From Chiloscyllium plagiosum (taxonomy: Eukaryota): a stretch of 64,000 nt of DNA. The translations under genes were made by a program, and so were the position numbers. The notes under the pieces were generated by a model. The model ran no database searches. It had not been told where the DNA came from and saw only the letters and a list, made by a program, of their open reading frames with translations. The stretch spans positions 1,384,640-1,448,639 of the forward strand of contig NC_057745.1 of NCBI RefSeq assembly GCF_004010195.1. Reading direction: 5' to 3'. Shown piece by piece: positions 1 to 13,079 of the stretch. The stretch's first letter is position 1, and each line of letters begins with the position of its first letter.

Positions 1-1210
1 TCAGTAGAAGTTTCGACGAAGGTAATATCATTAAACATAAAGGGATGGTAGTTAGAATTTCTGTTATTGGAGATGTTCACAGCCTGGAACTTGTGTGGAC
101 CAAATGTATCCTTAATTAATGGTGCTTAACATTATGCAATCAGAAGTGAGCATCTCCACCTATGGTTTTATGACGGAAGAAAGGTCACTAATGAAAGAGC
201 TATTGTACCTAAGACACTACCCTGAGGAACTAGGGCTGTTTTGACTCAGTGGTGGTGTCCCTTTGAGCTAGGAGATCTAGGTTCAAATCCCACCTGCTCC
301 AAGGGTGTGTCATAACATTTCTGAACATCTTTATTAGGAAAATACCTACCCTGAGGAACTCCTGCAGAATTGCCCTGGAGCTGAGATGACTGACATCAAA
401 CAACCACAGCCATCTTTCTTGGTGCAACTCCAACGAGTGAAGAGTTTTCTCCTGATTCCCATTGCTTGGTCTCTTTAATGCCATGTTCAGACAAATGTCT
501 CAATGTTAAGGGTAGTCACTTTTGTCTCACCGCTGGAGTTTAGTTCTTTTGTCTATGTTGTAATACAAGGCTGTAATGAAGTCAGGAACTGAGTGGTTCT
601 GGCCGGAACCCAAACAGAACACCTCTGAGCAGATTATGGCTAAGCAAGTGTTACTTGATAATATTGATGACTTTATTGGAGGATCATAGTAAACTGATGA
701 TACAATAATTGACTGAGTTTGATTTGTTTTGCTTTCTGTGGACAGGACATACATGGCAATTTTCCTCATTGCCTGGCAGGTGTCAGTATCGTAGCTGTAC
801 TGGAACAGATTGGCTAGGAAATTGGCGAGCTTTGCATCACAAGTCGTCTTCATTATTGTCAGAACCTAAAGACTTTGTGGATCTAGTGCCTTCAGCTGTT
901 TCTTGATGTTATGGAATGAATTGAATTGGCTGAAGACAGGCATCTGTAATATGGGGACTTACTGAGGAGGCAGAAATGCATAATCCATTCACTATTTCTG
1001 GCTGAAGATTATTACAAGTGCTGCCTTTTGTACAAATGTCCTGGGCTCCATCGTCAATGAGGATTGGAATGCTTGTGGAGCCACCTCTTTCAGTGGGTTG
1101 TTGAATTGTCCATTGCCATTCATGACCGGATATGCCAAGTCTGCAGAGCTTAGAGCTAATCCATTGGTTGTGGAATCGCTAGCTGTGTCTTATCACTTGC
1201 TGGTCATTCT
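1..1210 (-). mobile_element. Decayed CR1-group (L2/Crack-like) LINE RT fragment ('family B'); further pieces at ~1870-1960, ~3180-3520, ~4820-4960
   Basis: Reverse complement of the RT motif [10 protein letters not shown] (CTACCCTGAGGAACTCCTGCAG at 346-367); colinear with the + strand copy at 6190-9912. Confidence 0.7.
232..345 (+). mobile_element. Short tRNA-derived SINE inserted into the LINE, 15-bp TSD
   Basis: A-box-like TGACTCAGTGGTGG, B-box GGTTCAAATCC; flanked by CTACCCTGAGGAACT at 217-231 and 346-360. A related copy lies on the - strand at ~50415-50525. Confidence 0.8.
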
Positions 1211-1868
1211 GTATGTAAATTAGCTCACTGAGCTGGAAGGTTTGTTTTTAGACGTTTCGTCACCATACTGGGTAACATTATGAATGAGAGTTTCTGGTGA
1301 AGCGCTAGTGGTATGTCCCACCTCTCTATTTGGTTTCTTAGGGTGGGTGGGTGATTTCGGTTCTTTTCTTCAAGGGAAAGTAGATAGGATCTAAATCGAT
1401 TAAATTGTCATTAACAAGATACCATGCAAGAACTGTAAAAAAAAAAAGCCAAATTGGACATGCTAGCAGGAAACTTGCCACCAGGATATATGAACACGAA
1501 TTCGCCACCAAAGGACATGACCCACGATCATTAGTTTATATACACACAGACAGAGAAGCTCACCACTTTGATTGGGACAACGCACACATCCTAGGACAGG
1601 TGAAACAAAGGCACGCAAGAGAATTCTTAGAGACATGGCATTCTAACCAGAACCCCATCAATAAACACATCGATTTAGATTCTATCTACCTTCCCTTGAA
1701 AAAAAGAACTGGAAGTGACGTAACCACTTTAAGAAATAAGACCTATAAATAAGAAGAGGTGGGAATAACACCAGCCGATCACCAGAGACTCTCACTGATG
1801 ATGTTACCTAGAATGGTGATGAAACGTCTGAAAACAAATTTTCAAGCTCAGTGAGCTAACTTACATAC
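1211..1868 (+). mobile_element. Penelope-like element, 5'-truncated, GIY-YIG 3' end with inverted terminal segment
   Basis: ORF 1405-1752 (IGHASRKLATRIYEH...HHFDWDNAHILGQ...REFLETWHS...INKHIDL) resembles a PLE GIY-YIG C-terminus; 1211-~1400 is the reverse complement of ~1670-1868. Confidence 0.85.
1792..1831 (+). ncRNA. Minimal type I hammerhead ribozyme motif (PLE pLTR)
   Basis: tca-CTGATGA-tgttacc-tagaat-ggtgat-GAAA-cGTC-tga: core boxes, stem I tca/tga, stem II, palindromic ACGT stem III, GUC site. Confidence 0.65.
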
Positions 1869-1965
1869 TTGTTGACACCATTTTTTGGTCTGCCTAATGT
1901 TGCTCCTAGCATGCCATCTTGCACTTTTCATCAGACCAGGGTTGATCCTCTTCGTTTAATAATTG

Positions 1966-3163
1966 TCATAGAGATGTGCAGCACAGAAGCAGACCCTTCA
2001 ATCCATGCCGACCAGATATTAGATTAGATTCCCTACAGTGTGGAAACAGGCCCTTCGGCCCAACAAGTCCACACCGATCCTCCGAAGAGTAACCCATCCA
2101 GACCTGTTTCCCTCTGACTGATGCACCTAACACTATGGATATTTTATCACAGCCAATTCACCTAACCTGCACATCTTTGGATTGTGGGAGGAAACCCACA
2201 CAGACACGGAGAGAATGTGCAAACTCCACACAGACCGTCACCCAAGGCTGGAATCGAACCTGCGACCCTGGTGCTGTGAGGCAGCAGTGCTAACTGCTGT
2301 GCCACTCCAACCTAATCTCGTCCCACCTGCCAGCACCCAACCCATATCCCCCCAAACCCTTCCTATTCATATACCCATCCAGATGCCTTTTAAATGTTGC
2401 AATTGTACTAGCATCCACCACTTCCTCTGGCAGCTCATTCCATACACGTACCACCCTCTGCATGAAAATGTTGCCCCTTAGGTCTCTTTTATATCTTTCC
2501 CTTCTCACGCTAAACCTAGGCCCTCTAGTTCTGGACTCCCTGACCCCAAGGAAAAGATTTTGTCTATTTATCCTATCCATGCCCCTCATGATTTTAAAAA
2601 ACTCTATAAAGTCACCCCTCAGCCTCCGACGCTGCAGGGAAAACAGCCCTAGCCTATTCAATCTCTCCCTATAGCATAAATCGTCCAACCCTGGCAACAT
2701 CCTTGTAAATTTTTTCTGAACCATTTCAAGTTTCACAACATCCTTCCAAAAGGAAGGAGACCAGAATTGCACACAATATTGCAAAAGTGGCCGAACCAAT
2801 GTCCTGTACAGCCACAAATGACCTCTCAATTCTGGTACTCAATACTCTGACCAATAAAGGAAAGCATACCAAACACCACCTTCACTATCCTATCTACCTG
2901 TGACTCCACTTTCAAGGAGCTATGAACCTGCACTCCAAGGTCTCTTTGTTCAGCAACATTCCCTAGGACCTTACCATTAAGTATATAAGTCCTGCTAAGA
3001 TTTGCTTTCCCAAAATGCAGCACCTTACATTTGTCTGAATTAAGCTCCATTTGCTGCCAATCAGCCCATTGGCCCATCTGATCAAGATCCTGTTGTAATT
3101 TGAGGTAACTTTCTTTGCTGTCAACTACACCTCCAATTTTGGTGTCATCTGCAAACTTACTAT
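1966..3163 (-). mobile_element. HER1/CR1 LINE 3' fragment
   Basis: ORFs 2290-2829 and 2826-3077 (LYRTLVRPLLQYCVQFWSP...RRRLRGDFIEFFKIMRG...RVVRVWNELPEEVV) match a CR1 ORF2 C-terminus; ends in the CR1-type tail. Confidence 0.9.
2018..2305 (-). mobile_element. HE1-type SINE nested in the HER1 3' end
   Basis: tRNA-like head, central CTGTGTGGAGTTTGCACATTCTC domain, (TAATC)n tail, all on the reverse strand. Confidence 0.85.
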
Positions 3164-3758
3164 AGAGTGGGGAATATGGACAGGCAACATTGCATGTTGT
3201 GATAGCGTACGGTTCTGCTCTTGGTGATGGTCCACAGCCCTTACTTGTGTTGCTGGATCTCTTTGAAATCTACCCCATTTAGGGGAGCGATAGTGGCGTT
3301 TAACACAATGGAAGGAATCCTCAGTGTGAAAACAGGACTTTGTCTGCTAAAGGACTGTGGGGTGGTCAGTTCCACTGATACTGTCTAGGACAGGCGCATC
3401 TGTGGCAGGCAGATTGGTGAAGATGAGGTCAAGTATGTTTGTCCTTTGTGTTGTATCATTTACCACCTGTTACAGACTCTGTCTGGGTTATTTACGTTTA
3501 AGACCTGACTAGATAAATCAGTATCTGGATTAGTGGTGCTGGAAGAGCACAGCAGTTCAGGCAGCATCCAAGGAGCAGCGAAATCAACGTTTCGGGCAAA
3601 AGCCCTTCATCAGGAATAAAGGCAGTGAGCCTGAAGCGTGGAGAGATAAGCTAGAGGAGGGTGGGGATGGGGAGAAAGTAGCATAGAGTACAATGGGTGA
3701 ATGGGGGAGGGATGAAGGTGATAGGTCAGGGAGGAGAGGGTGGAGTGGATAGGTGGAA

Positions 3759-4649
3759 NNNNNNNNNNNNNNNNNNNNNNNNNNNNNNNNNNNNNNNNNN
3801 NNNNNNNNNNNNNNNNNNNNNNNNNNNNNNNNNNNNNNNNNNNNNNNNNNNNNNNNNNNNNNNNNNNNNNNNNNNNNNNNNNNNNNNNNNNNNNNNNNNN
3901 NNNNNNNNNNNNNNNNNNNNNNNNNNNNNNNNNNNNNNNNNNNNNNNNNNNNNNNNNNNNNNNNNNNNNNNNNNNNNNNNNNNNNNNNNNNNNNNNNNNN
4001 NNNNNNNNNNNNNNNNNNNNNNNNNNNNNNNNNNNNNNNNNNNNNNNNNNNNNNNNNNNNNNNNNNNNNNNNNNNNNNNNNNNNNNNNNNNNNNNNNNNN
4101 NNNNNNNNNNNNNNNNNNNNNNNNNNNNNNNNNNNNNNNNNNNNNNNNNNNNNNNNNNNNNNNNNNNNNNNNNNNNNNNNNNNNNNNNNNNNNNNNNNNN
4201 NNNNNNNNNNNNNNNNNNNNNNNNNNNNNNNNNNNNNNNNNNNNNNNNNNNNNNNNNNNNNNNNNNNNNNNNNNNNNNNNNNNNNNNNNNNNNNNNNNNN
4301 NNNNNNNNNNNNNNNNNNNNNNNNNNNNNNNNNNNNNNNNNNNNNNNNNNNNNNNNNNNNNNNNNNNNNNNNNNNNNNNNNNNNNNNNNNNNNNNNNNNN
4401 NNNNNNNNNNNNNNNNNNNNNNNNNNNNNNNNNNNNNNNNNNNNNNNNNNNNNNNNNNNNNNNNNNNNNNNNNNNNNNNNNNNNNNNNNNNNNNNNNNNN
4501 NNNNNNNNNNNNNNNNNNNNNNNNNNNNNNNNNNNNNNNNNNNNNNNNNNNNNNNNNNNNNNNNNNNNNNNNNNNNNNNNNNNNNNNNNNNNNNNNNNNN
4601 NNNNNNNNNNNNNNNNNNNNNNNNNNNNNNNNNNNNNNNNNNNNNNNNN
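3759..4649. other. Assembly gap (891 N)
   Basis: Run of N. Confidence 1.
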
Positions 4650-4670
4650 TGCTTCAGGCTCTCTGCCTTT

Positions 4671-4706
4671 ATTCCTGATGAAGGGCTTTTGCCCGAAACG
4701 TTGATT
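4671..4706 (+). ncRNA. Minimal hammerhead ribozyme motif (mirror copy on - strand at 3582-3617)
   Basis: CTGATGA-a-GGGC-tttt-GCCC-GAAA-cGTT; perfect stem II, weak stem I. Confidence 0.55.
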
Positions 4707-6189
4707 TTGCTGCTCCTTGGATGCTGCCTGAATTGCTGTGCTCTTCTAGCACCACTGATCCAGAATCTGGTTTCCAGCATCTGCAGTCATTGTTTTTACC
4801 TCGTAGATAAATCAGTAGTGGTATTCTTCATAATGGGCTTTGAAGTCCCCCGTAGTTGGGCTGTTGCTTGACTAGTCTGTAAGACCACTCTGCCAATTTT
4901 GGTATTAGCCCCCATTTGTTTGTATGAAAGACCCTGCAGGGTTAATAAGGCTGAGTTTTCTGTTGTTATTTCTGATTCCGATCTCAATAGTTTTGTTCCT
5001 TGAGACTTTTTTGTAGCAATTTGCTAGTCTATTTGAGAGGGCAGTTAAGAGTCAACACTTGGTGTGTGCCTGGAGTCATGGGGGCCAGGCTAGTTAAGGA
5101 TGGTGCTTCCCTAATGGGTATTAGTAAACCAGATGGGTTTTTGCAACAATTGGTAATAGCTTCTTTTTTTTTGAATTATGATTTTTGGTTCTCAAATTCT
5201 AAAACTTCAGTTCTAACCTTAACCCAAGCCATCTGCTTTTGTAGATTGGATCCTTTGCCCTCAGAATATTACCTAGGTCTCTGGATGACTAGTCCAGTGA
5301 CATTTCCCTCTCCAGTAGTCATGCAATGTTCTTTGTTTGTTTAATTCTCTTTTAGAAAAAGCAATTCAATTCACCCCCACGACTATCACAGGTTGTGTCT
5401 TCCAGATTCTAACCACCAGTTGTGTAAAAAGGTTTTTGATTGTATTACTATGCTATGTTTCTAGTCACATTAGTGTCCTCTAATTCTCAGCCCTTTTTCC
5501 AATAGGAAACATTTCTCCCTGCTTGTGTTTTCTCATGATTTTAAACACCTCGTTTCTCATCTCTAAGAAACGTTGTCCAGCTTCTCCAATCTATATCCTT
5601 ATATTCCTTTTTAATCACTTTTTCTCAAAGTGCCCTGCCACCTTTAATGATTTGTACATCTGTATTCCTACATAGCCATGTGTAAATATATGGTATTTAT
5701 ATCAAAACAATTTATGCTTTAATTGTGCTGCTTTGCCCAGGACAACAAATCACTTTCTGGAAATAAGTTATAAGGTTCTGTCTGAATGTCACTACTTTTG
5801 AATATTGATATTGATATTCATTTAAGCAATAAGCAGGACTTGGAATGAGTTGCTAGGGTTTACCCACACTAAGATTTTAAAGAAGGTTTGGACGTGTCCT
5901 GCTTAATTATCATCCTGTAACAGAGCCTCAAGAATGCAAGAGTTGACTCCTCTCTTTATTTTTATTTGTTAAATAGAATGAAGGAGTTGACAAAACTGCA
6001 GATTGGTTATTTTGTGGGAAATTTGGGTATTTTTCTTTTGTCTATCCACTCCTTGCCCTTTATTTTCCTTCAAAAATGCTGAATTTGATTATTTCCTCCC
6101 TTCTTTTCATTGAACATTCTTGCATTATTTGAATTGCAAGTTTTGAAACCGGGAGGACCACCCAGGTTCAACTTAGACACGTGGAATTG

Positions 6190-9100
6190 ACAATGGCAGA
6201 AATAGCCCTGTCAACCCTCAAAAATCCTCCTTACTAACATCTGGGGGCTAGTGCCAAAGTTGGGAGAGCTATCTCACAGGCTAGTTAACCAATAGCCTTC
6301 CTTGTAGTCATACTCACAGAATCATACCTGGCAGGTAATGTCCCAAATGCCACCATCACCATCCTTGAATATGACCCTTCCCACTGACAGGGCAGACCCA
6401 GCGGAGGTGGCAGCACAGCATTATACATTTGGGAGGGAGTTACCCTCTGAGTCCTTAATATTGACCCCAGACCCCGTGAGGTCTCGTGACTTCAGGTTAA
6501 ACACGGGCAAGAAAATCTCCTACTGATTACCATGTACTGTTCCCCCTCAACAAGGGCAGGACTTATGCAATTAAGTGTTGTTGAACTGAGACACCTGGGG
6601 GTTCAGGTATATAGTTCCTTGAAAATGGCATCATAGGTAGACAGGGTAGTAAAGAAGGTGTTTGGCGCATGCCTTCATTGACCATTGAGTATAGAAGTTG
6701 GGGCGTCATGTTGCAGTTGTACAGGATGCTGGTGAGGCCACCTTTGGAGTTTTGTGTAAACTTCTGGTTGCCCTGCTATAGGAAGGATGTTGTTCAATTG
6801 GAGAGAATGCAGAAAAGATTTACAAGGATGTTACTGGGACAGAATGGTTATGCATTATGTCTGGAAATACTGGGAGTTTTTTCACTGGAACATAGGGTGT
6901 TGAGGGGTGATGTCATAGAGGTCTATAACTTCATGAGGGGCATAGATAAGGTGAATAGCAAAGGTCTCTTCCCTAGGTAAGGGAGTTCAATGCTAGAAGG
7001 CATATTTTTAATGTAAGAGGAGAAAGATTTCAAAGGGACCAGAGGGGGGCAACTTTTTCCACAGAGGATGGTTTGCATCGGGATGAACTGCCAGAGGAAG
7101 TGGAGATACAGGTACAGTTACAACATTTCAAAGAGATTTGGAAGGGTACATGAATAGGAAGGGTTTAGAGGGATTTGGGCCAAATGCGGATGAATGGGAC
7201 TAGTTTAGTCTGGGAAACTCGGTCAACATGGACAAGTCGGACTGAAGAGTCTATTTCCGTGCCATATGACTCGGCTGATGAATCAGTACTCCCCCATGTT
7301 GAACAACACTCGGAGGAAGCAGTGGGTGGGTGATCTCAATGTCCATTACCAAGAGTGGCTTAACAGCAGTATTTACAGAACTGGGTAGACATAGCTGCTA
7401 GACAGAGTCTGTGGCAGATGATGGGGAACCAAGAATAAGGAAATCCATACTCAACCTCGTCTTTACCAATCTACCAGCTGTAGATACATTTATCTGTGAC
7501 AGTATTGGTAAGAGTGACCATTTCACAGTCCTTTAAAAACAAAGTCCTGCCTTCACGTTGTGAATACCTTCCATTGTGTTGTGTGACACTATCACCTTGC
7601 TAAATGGGGCAAACTTCGAACAGATCTAGCATCTCAAGAATAGGCATCCCTGAGACGCTGTGGGCCACCAACTGCAGAATTGTATCCCAACACAATCTGC
7701 AACCTCATGCCCTGGAATATCCCCCACTCAATCATTATTATCAAACTAGGGGGTCGACCCAGGGTCATTGGAGAGTGCAGGAGGGCATGCCAGGAGCAGC
7801 ACAAGGCATACTAAAAACGAGGGATCCATCTGGTGAAACTATCAAGCAGGATTTAATGCATTCCAAGTAGCATAAGCAGCAAGTGATGGATAGAGCTAAG
7901 CGATTCCACAGCCAGTGGATCAGCTCAAAGCTTGGCAGTCCTGCCACATTCAGTAGTGGACAATTAAGCAACTCAGTGGAGGAGGAGCCACTGCAAATAT
8001 CCCTATCATCAATGATGTAAGAGTTCAACACATGTACAAAAGATAAGGCTGAAGCATTCGCAGCAATCATTAGCCAGAAGTGCCAAGTGGATGATCCATC
8101 TTGACCTCCTTCAGTGGTCCCCAGCAGTCAGAGACTTTAGCCGATATAAGTCACTCCATGTAATATCTATCTACAGTTGGACACGCTAGATTTGTTTGTT
8201 TATTCGTTTGTGGGATGTTGGCTGGTCAGTATTTATTACCCATCGCTATAAAGAAAATTGAAAGGATATGGGTCCCAACAACATTCTGGCAGTAGTACCA
8301 AAGACTTGTGCTCCTTTTACCAAGCTGTTCTACTACAGTTGCAGTAGTAGCATTTACCTCACAATGCAGAAAATTGCCCAAGTATGTCCTGGACATGAAA
8401 ATCAGGGCAAATCCAACTCAACCAATTACTGTCCCATCAATCTACTCTTAATCATCAGTAAAGTGATGGAGATGTCATCAACAGTGCTGTCAAATAGCAT
8501 GTGCTCAGTAGTAACCTGTTCGATAATGCCCAGTTAGGGTTCTGTCAGGGCCACTCTGCTTCTGACCTCATTACAGCCTTGGATAAAACACGGAGAAAGG
8601 AACTGAATTCCAGAGGTGTGGTGAGAGTGACAGCACTTGACATCAAGCCTGGTTTGATCAAATATGGCATTATGGAGTCCTGGTAGAACTGGAATCAATG
8701 GGTATCGCGAGCAAACTCTCCCACGAGTTTGGAGTCATATCTGACACATAGGAAAATGATTGTGGTTGTTGGAGATTAGTCATCTTAGTTCCATAACATC
8801 TCTGCACGAGTTCCTCAGGGTAGTGTCCTCGGCCCACCCATCTTCAGCTGCTTCATCAGTGCACTTCCCGCCATCATCAAGCTCAGAAATAGGGATGTTT
8901 ACCAATGATTACACAATGTTCAGCACCATCGCCACACCTCAGATATTGAAACAGTCCATGATCAAATGCAATAAGATTTGGACAGTATCCAGGCTTGGGC
9001 TAACATGGTAAGTAACATTTGTGCCACACACATGCCAGGAAATGATCATCTTCAATAAGAGACAATCTAATCACTGCCCCTTGACAAACCCTTACTGAAC

Positions 9101-9912
9101 CCCCACTATTAACATCTTGATGGTTATCATTGACCAGAAAGTTTACTTGATTCGTGGAACAGGACATATCCAGGAATGATTATGTTGGTGTCTGGGACAT
9201 GGTCACACTCACAAAATCAAATTTTACCGACATTATCAGCCTGTTGCTTGACTAGTCTGTGAGATAGCTCTTCCATTTTGACACCCACGCCCCCCCCCCC
9301 CCCCCAGATTTTAGTGAGGAGGACTTTGCATTTTCAGTAGGGCTGTTTTTGCCATTATCTTTTCCGGTGGTGAGTAACTCGCTTCCTGACTCCCCAAAGT
9401 CTGTCCATCATCTTCAAGATAAGTCAACAATGTGAAGGAATATTTCCAACTTCCCTGGATGTGTGCAGCTCCAACCACACAAGAAGCATGGCACCATCCA
9501 GGACAAAGCAGCCTGCTTGATTGGAAACACATCACATGCATCCAGTGTTGTTCAGTAGCAGCCATGTGTACTATCTACAAGATGCATTGCAAAAATTCAC
9601 CAAAGATCCTTGGATAGCATCTTCCAAACCTACAGCCTCTTCTATTTAGATGGACAAAGGCAGCAAATAGATGGTGCCACCACCACAAGCTCCCCTCAAA
9701 GCCACTCACCATCCTCTATGGGAAATATATTTCTTTTCCTTCACTGTCATTGGGTTATAATCCTGAATTTCTTCCCTAAGGGCATTGTGGGTCAACCTGC
9801 AGCAAATGGACTGCAGATGGCAGCTCACCTTCTGAAAGGCAACTAGGTAGGGATGGGCAATAAATGCTGGCCAGCCAGCGATACACACAGTTCATTAGTG
9901 AATAAAAAATAA
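6190..9912 (+). mobile_element. Near full-length decayed CR1-group (L2/Crack-like) LINE ORF2, family B
   Basis: Frameshifted remnants of APE endonuclease (NIWGLVPKLGELSHRLV) and RT ([44 protein letters not shown]); A-rich end near 9900. Confidence 0.75.
6550..7272 (+). mobile_element. HER1/CR1 LINE 3' fragment nested in the family B LINE
   Basis: ORF 6669-6980 (LYRMLVRPPLEFCVNFWLP...RGDVIEVYNFMRG); host LINE resumes at ~7273. Confidence 0.85.
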
Positions 9913-10243
9913 AATTTGGTTTAATTTGCGAACACATTCAATCCTGTTTTCCTTGAGTGTCCAGAGGTCAATGAGATACCAATATGGTATGGAAAATGTT
10001 TTTGAAAAATTTTAAAACTTTTCTTGTTACCGGCTGCAGTTTGACCAGCACATAATCCATATATGTAATCAGTTCACTGTCATTGAACTTGCCAGAGGGG
10101 AGACATGCTGAGATGATTACTTTTGTGTCTTTAAAACCTGTGAATTTAGACATGTTTTTTTCTTTGAATGTATCACCCTCCTAATCTTCGCTCTAGTTTA
10201 AATTCGTTATTACCCTTAATGTTCAATATATTTTGTCACCTAG

Positions 10244-10370
10244 GCACAGGCTGTTCCGTGAGCATTGTGTGTGTGTGCAGGGAAACTACATAAAGGATTT
10301 GAATATTCTTGGAAGAGACCTTTCAAAAACAATCATTATTGACAACTCTCCACAAGCTTTTGCATACCAG
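10244..10370 (+). CDS. CTDSPL2: CTD small phosphatase-like protein 2 (SCP4), third-last coding exon
   Basis: tag|G...CAG|gtcagt; encodes (R)[42 protein letters not shown], the FCP1/SCP phosphatase motif, matching vertebrate CTDSPL2 as recalled; phase 2/0. Confidence 0.96.
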
Positions 10371-11871
10371 GTCAGTCCAAGAATTATTGAACATTGACGA
10401 GATTCGTACGCCTAGAGTGCACACTCTTTTGTTCTGGATATTTTGTTGCTTGCTTCATTGGAATAGTATCAATGTGATTTAGTGTCAGGATGAGTAACTT
10501 ATGTGCCTATCTGAGACTCTTGTCTCTCAGGTGATAGTCCTGTTTCTCCTCTATAACATTTGCAGGTTTTTATCTGACAACTTAAGTTTCTTAGTGGCAC
10601 AGGTTTCTGATTCCAGCCAGGCTTCTGTGAGGAGAATAGGCTTTCCAAATGAGGTACATTCAAGAAGTTACACTAAACTGCTGTTACACAGCTGACAGCT
10701 AGCTAAAGTTGGATCTGATCTGCAAGTAATTATATTCGTCAATCTTTTGGATGCAAAAGGCATTTAACTAAGGGGAGCATAAGGAAAAGGAAAAATCATC
10801 CTTTGCACAGTTTGTTTTTTACCCTGAATATGTGAACTCAAAATGTAACCTTTGCAACATTTATTTGGGGATTGCATAATATGTTTCATTTTATTTTAGT
10901 ATTTCAAAAATATTTTTGGGCATTTTTCCCTTCTATTAATTTATATTGTTCTAATTTCACCAGTTTAGATGAGTGTGTGGATTATTTGAAGTGTGTCATG
11001 CAAAGTAAAATGTGCTGCTTTAACAAACCACAAATATGAAAAAAAACTTTATCACAGACTACCAATGCTGCAGAAAGGCATACAGTCTTATGGCTAACAG
11101 TATCAGTATTAAGAAGACTGAGTGGTGACTTGATGGATCTCTGTAACATTTTGAAGTGATTTGGTGGGATAGATGTAGAACAGATGTCATCACTTGCAAA
11201 TGAGACTGGAACTAGTGGCCATAAATATAAGATGGCCACTGGTCGGTAAAACACAGAAACCAGAAAGAAACCTGTTTACCCAGAGAGTGGATAAAATGTG
11301 GAACACACCTGCACCAGAATTAGGCATAATGACCAGCATATTAAGGGGAGGATTGATTTAAAAACTTGAGGAGAAAAGAAACCAAGGATATTCTGATGGG
11401 ATTACCTGGGCAGGGGGTGCGAGGAGGCATTTGTGAAACATAAACAATGGTGTGCTCATGTTGAAGCTAATAGTCTGATTATATTCTCCAAGTATTTTAT
11501 GAAAACAATTTTCTTTTGAGGAGCTGTGTGGGAGTAAGGGGAGAATCTTCTCTTTAGCATCAACATGCACATGGCTGTATTCCACATTGCAAATGGTAAT
11601 GTCTCGACAAAAAAAATTGAAAAAAGCCTTAAATTGAGGTATTCGGAGAGTATGAACTGGGTTCGTGTATGTGAAAGTGTTGTTATGATTTTTTTACTTG
11701 TCCATTTTTAAAGTTGACCTCATTATGAGTGAAGAGTTTGGCTGATCTCGTTGGAGGTATAATTGATGTAAAAATTGGGAGCTGTTGTATTGCAGTTTCT
11801 GCTGTAGTCAGTGAAATATAATGAACCTATTAGAGCCATAGTAAAATGTTCTTTCATTCCTTTGCTCCCAG

Positions 11872-11967
11872 CTGTCCAATGGAATTCCAATTGAGAGCTG
11901 GTTCATGGATAAGAATGACACAGAGCTTTTGAAATTGATCCCCTTTTTAGAGAAACTTGTAGAACTG
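11872..11967 (+). CDS. CTDSPL2: CTDSPL2 penultimate coding exon
   Basis: cag|CTG...CTG|gtaagt; [32 protein letters not shown]; phase 0/0. Confidence 0.96.
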
Positions 11968-12213
11968 GTAAGTTATGAAGATTGCTATTATGTCAGTTTG
12001 TTTTAAATTCAACCCTCCCTATCAGAGCAATATCCACTATTTGATGATTAGTGTTTGTGAGTTGGCTGATATAAACTACATAATAACTGAGTGCTACTGT
12101 TGGTCCTAATGCCTTCAAAAGTTAGGAAAATTGCCTAACATCAGAGGGTTGGTGTGGACTTAATGGGCTGAATACCCTGCCTCCACAGTGTAGGGATTCT
12201 ATGAATGTTTGGT

Positions 12214-12531
12214 GGGCGGCACAGCAGCACAATGGTTAGCACTGCTGCCTCAGCGCCAGAGAACCAGGTTCATTTCCTGCCTCAGGCACCTGACTGTGTG
12301 GAGTTTGCACATTCTTCCCGTGTCTGCTTGGGTTTTCTCCGGGTGCTCCGGTTCCCTCCCATAGTCCAAAAATGTGCAGGTTAGGTGAATTGGCCATGCT
12401 AAATTGCCCATAGTGTTAGGGTCAGGGGTAAATGTAGGGGATTGGGTCTGGGTGGGTCGCACTTCGGCGGGTCAGTGTGGACTTGTTGGGCCGAAGGGCC
12501 TGTTTCCACACTGTAAGTAATCTAATCTAAT
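12214..12531 (+). mobile_element. HE1-type SINE, full length
   Basis: tRNA-like head (TGGTTAGCACTGCTGCCTCA...GGTTCATTTCC), central domain, (TAATC)n tail. Confidence 0.9.
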
Positions 12532-13013
12532 ATCTGGTCCCAGTTTCTGTCTGGTGACCCCTACAGGAAATGCAAATGGAATGTCTGATGTCAGGTATGG
12601 ACTTATTCTGTTCTCATTGGCCAAATAGTTCTGCTGGGACCTCAGAATTCAAACACAGATCAAACAAAAACCAGCAGAAATAAGTACTCTTCACATACTC
12701 TGTTGTTTGCCATTTGACATTTGCTCAGGTCATGAGTACCTATATAAGCTATGTAGCATGAACAGGAAGTTTTTAACCATTGGACGTCTCGAGTTCTGTG
12801 GATATTGCTAAATTATGCTCCATTTGCTGCCCAAACCAAGAGCAACAGTGCCTCCAAGGTACTTCAAGGAAAATTTCTTTGACCTCATCGCCACCACACC
12901 ACAACTAGGTTTAATTACTTGATCAATTCCACTCCTTGGCAGTGAAGCAGGTGTATTGTGATCAGGACCAAATTTCAGATTGACCTATTTTTCCTTTAAT
13001 TTACTGTTCTCAG

Positions 13014-13079
13014 AATGAAGATGTTCGACCTCATATCAGAGAGAAATTTCGTCTGCACGATTTACTCCCTCCAGATTAA
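13014..13079 (+). CDS. CTDSPL2: CTDSPL2 last coding exon
   Basis: cag|AAT...; [24 protein letters not shown], the CTDSPL2 C-terminus. Confidence 0.96.
   Translation, partial: NEDVRPHIREKFRLHDLLPPD

Larger units (their letters stand above)
3524..4803. mobile_element. Penelope-type element with inverted pLTRs spanning the assembly gap, 14-bp TSD
   Basis: ~3525-3637 is the reverse complement of ~4650-4765; TSD TAGATAAATCAGTA at 3510-3523 and 4804-4817; interior is N. Confidence 0.75.

Noticed and set aside
3584-4871. Long ORFs of 312-398 aa on both strands
   Set aside because: Artefacts of translating through the N-gap.
9290-9305. Poly-C run
   Set aside because: Homopolymer inside LINE debris; no sign of function.
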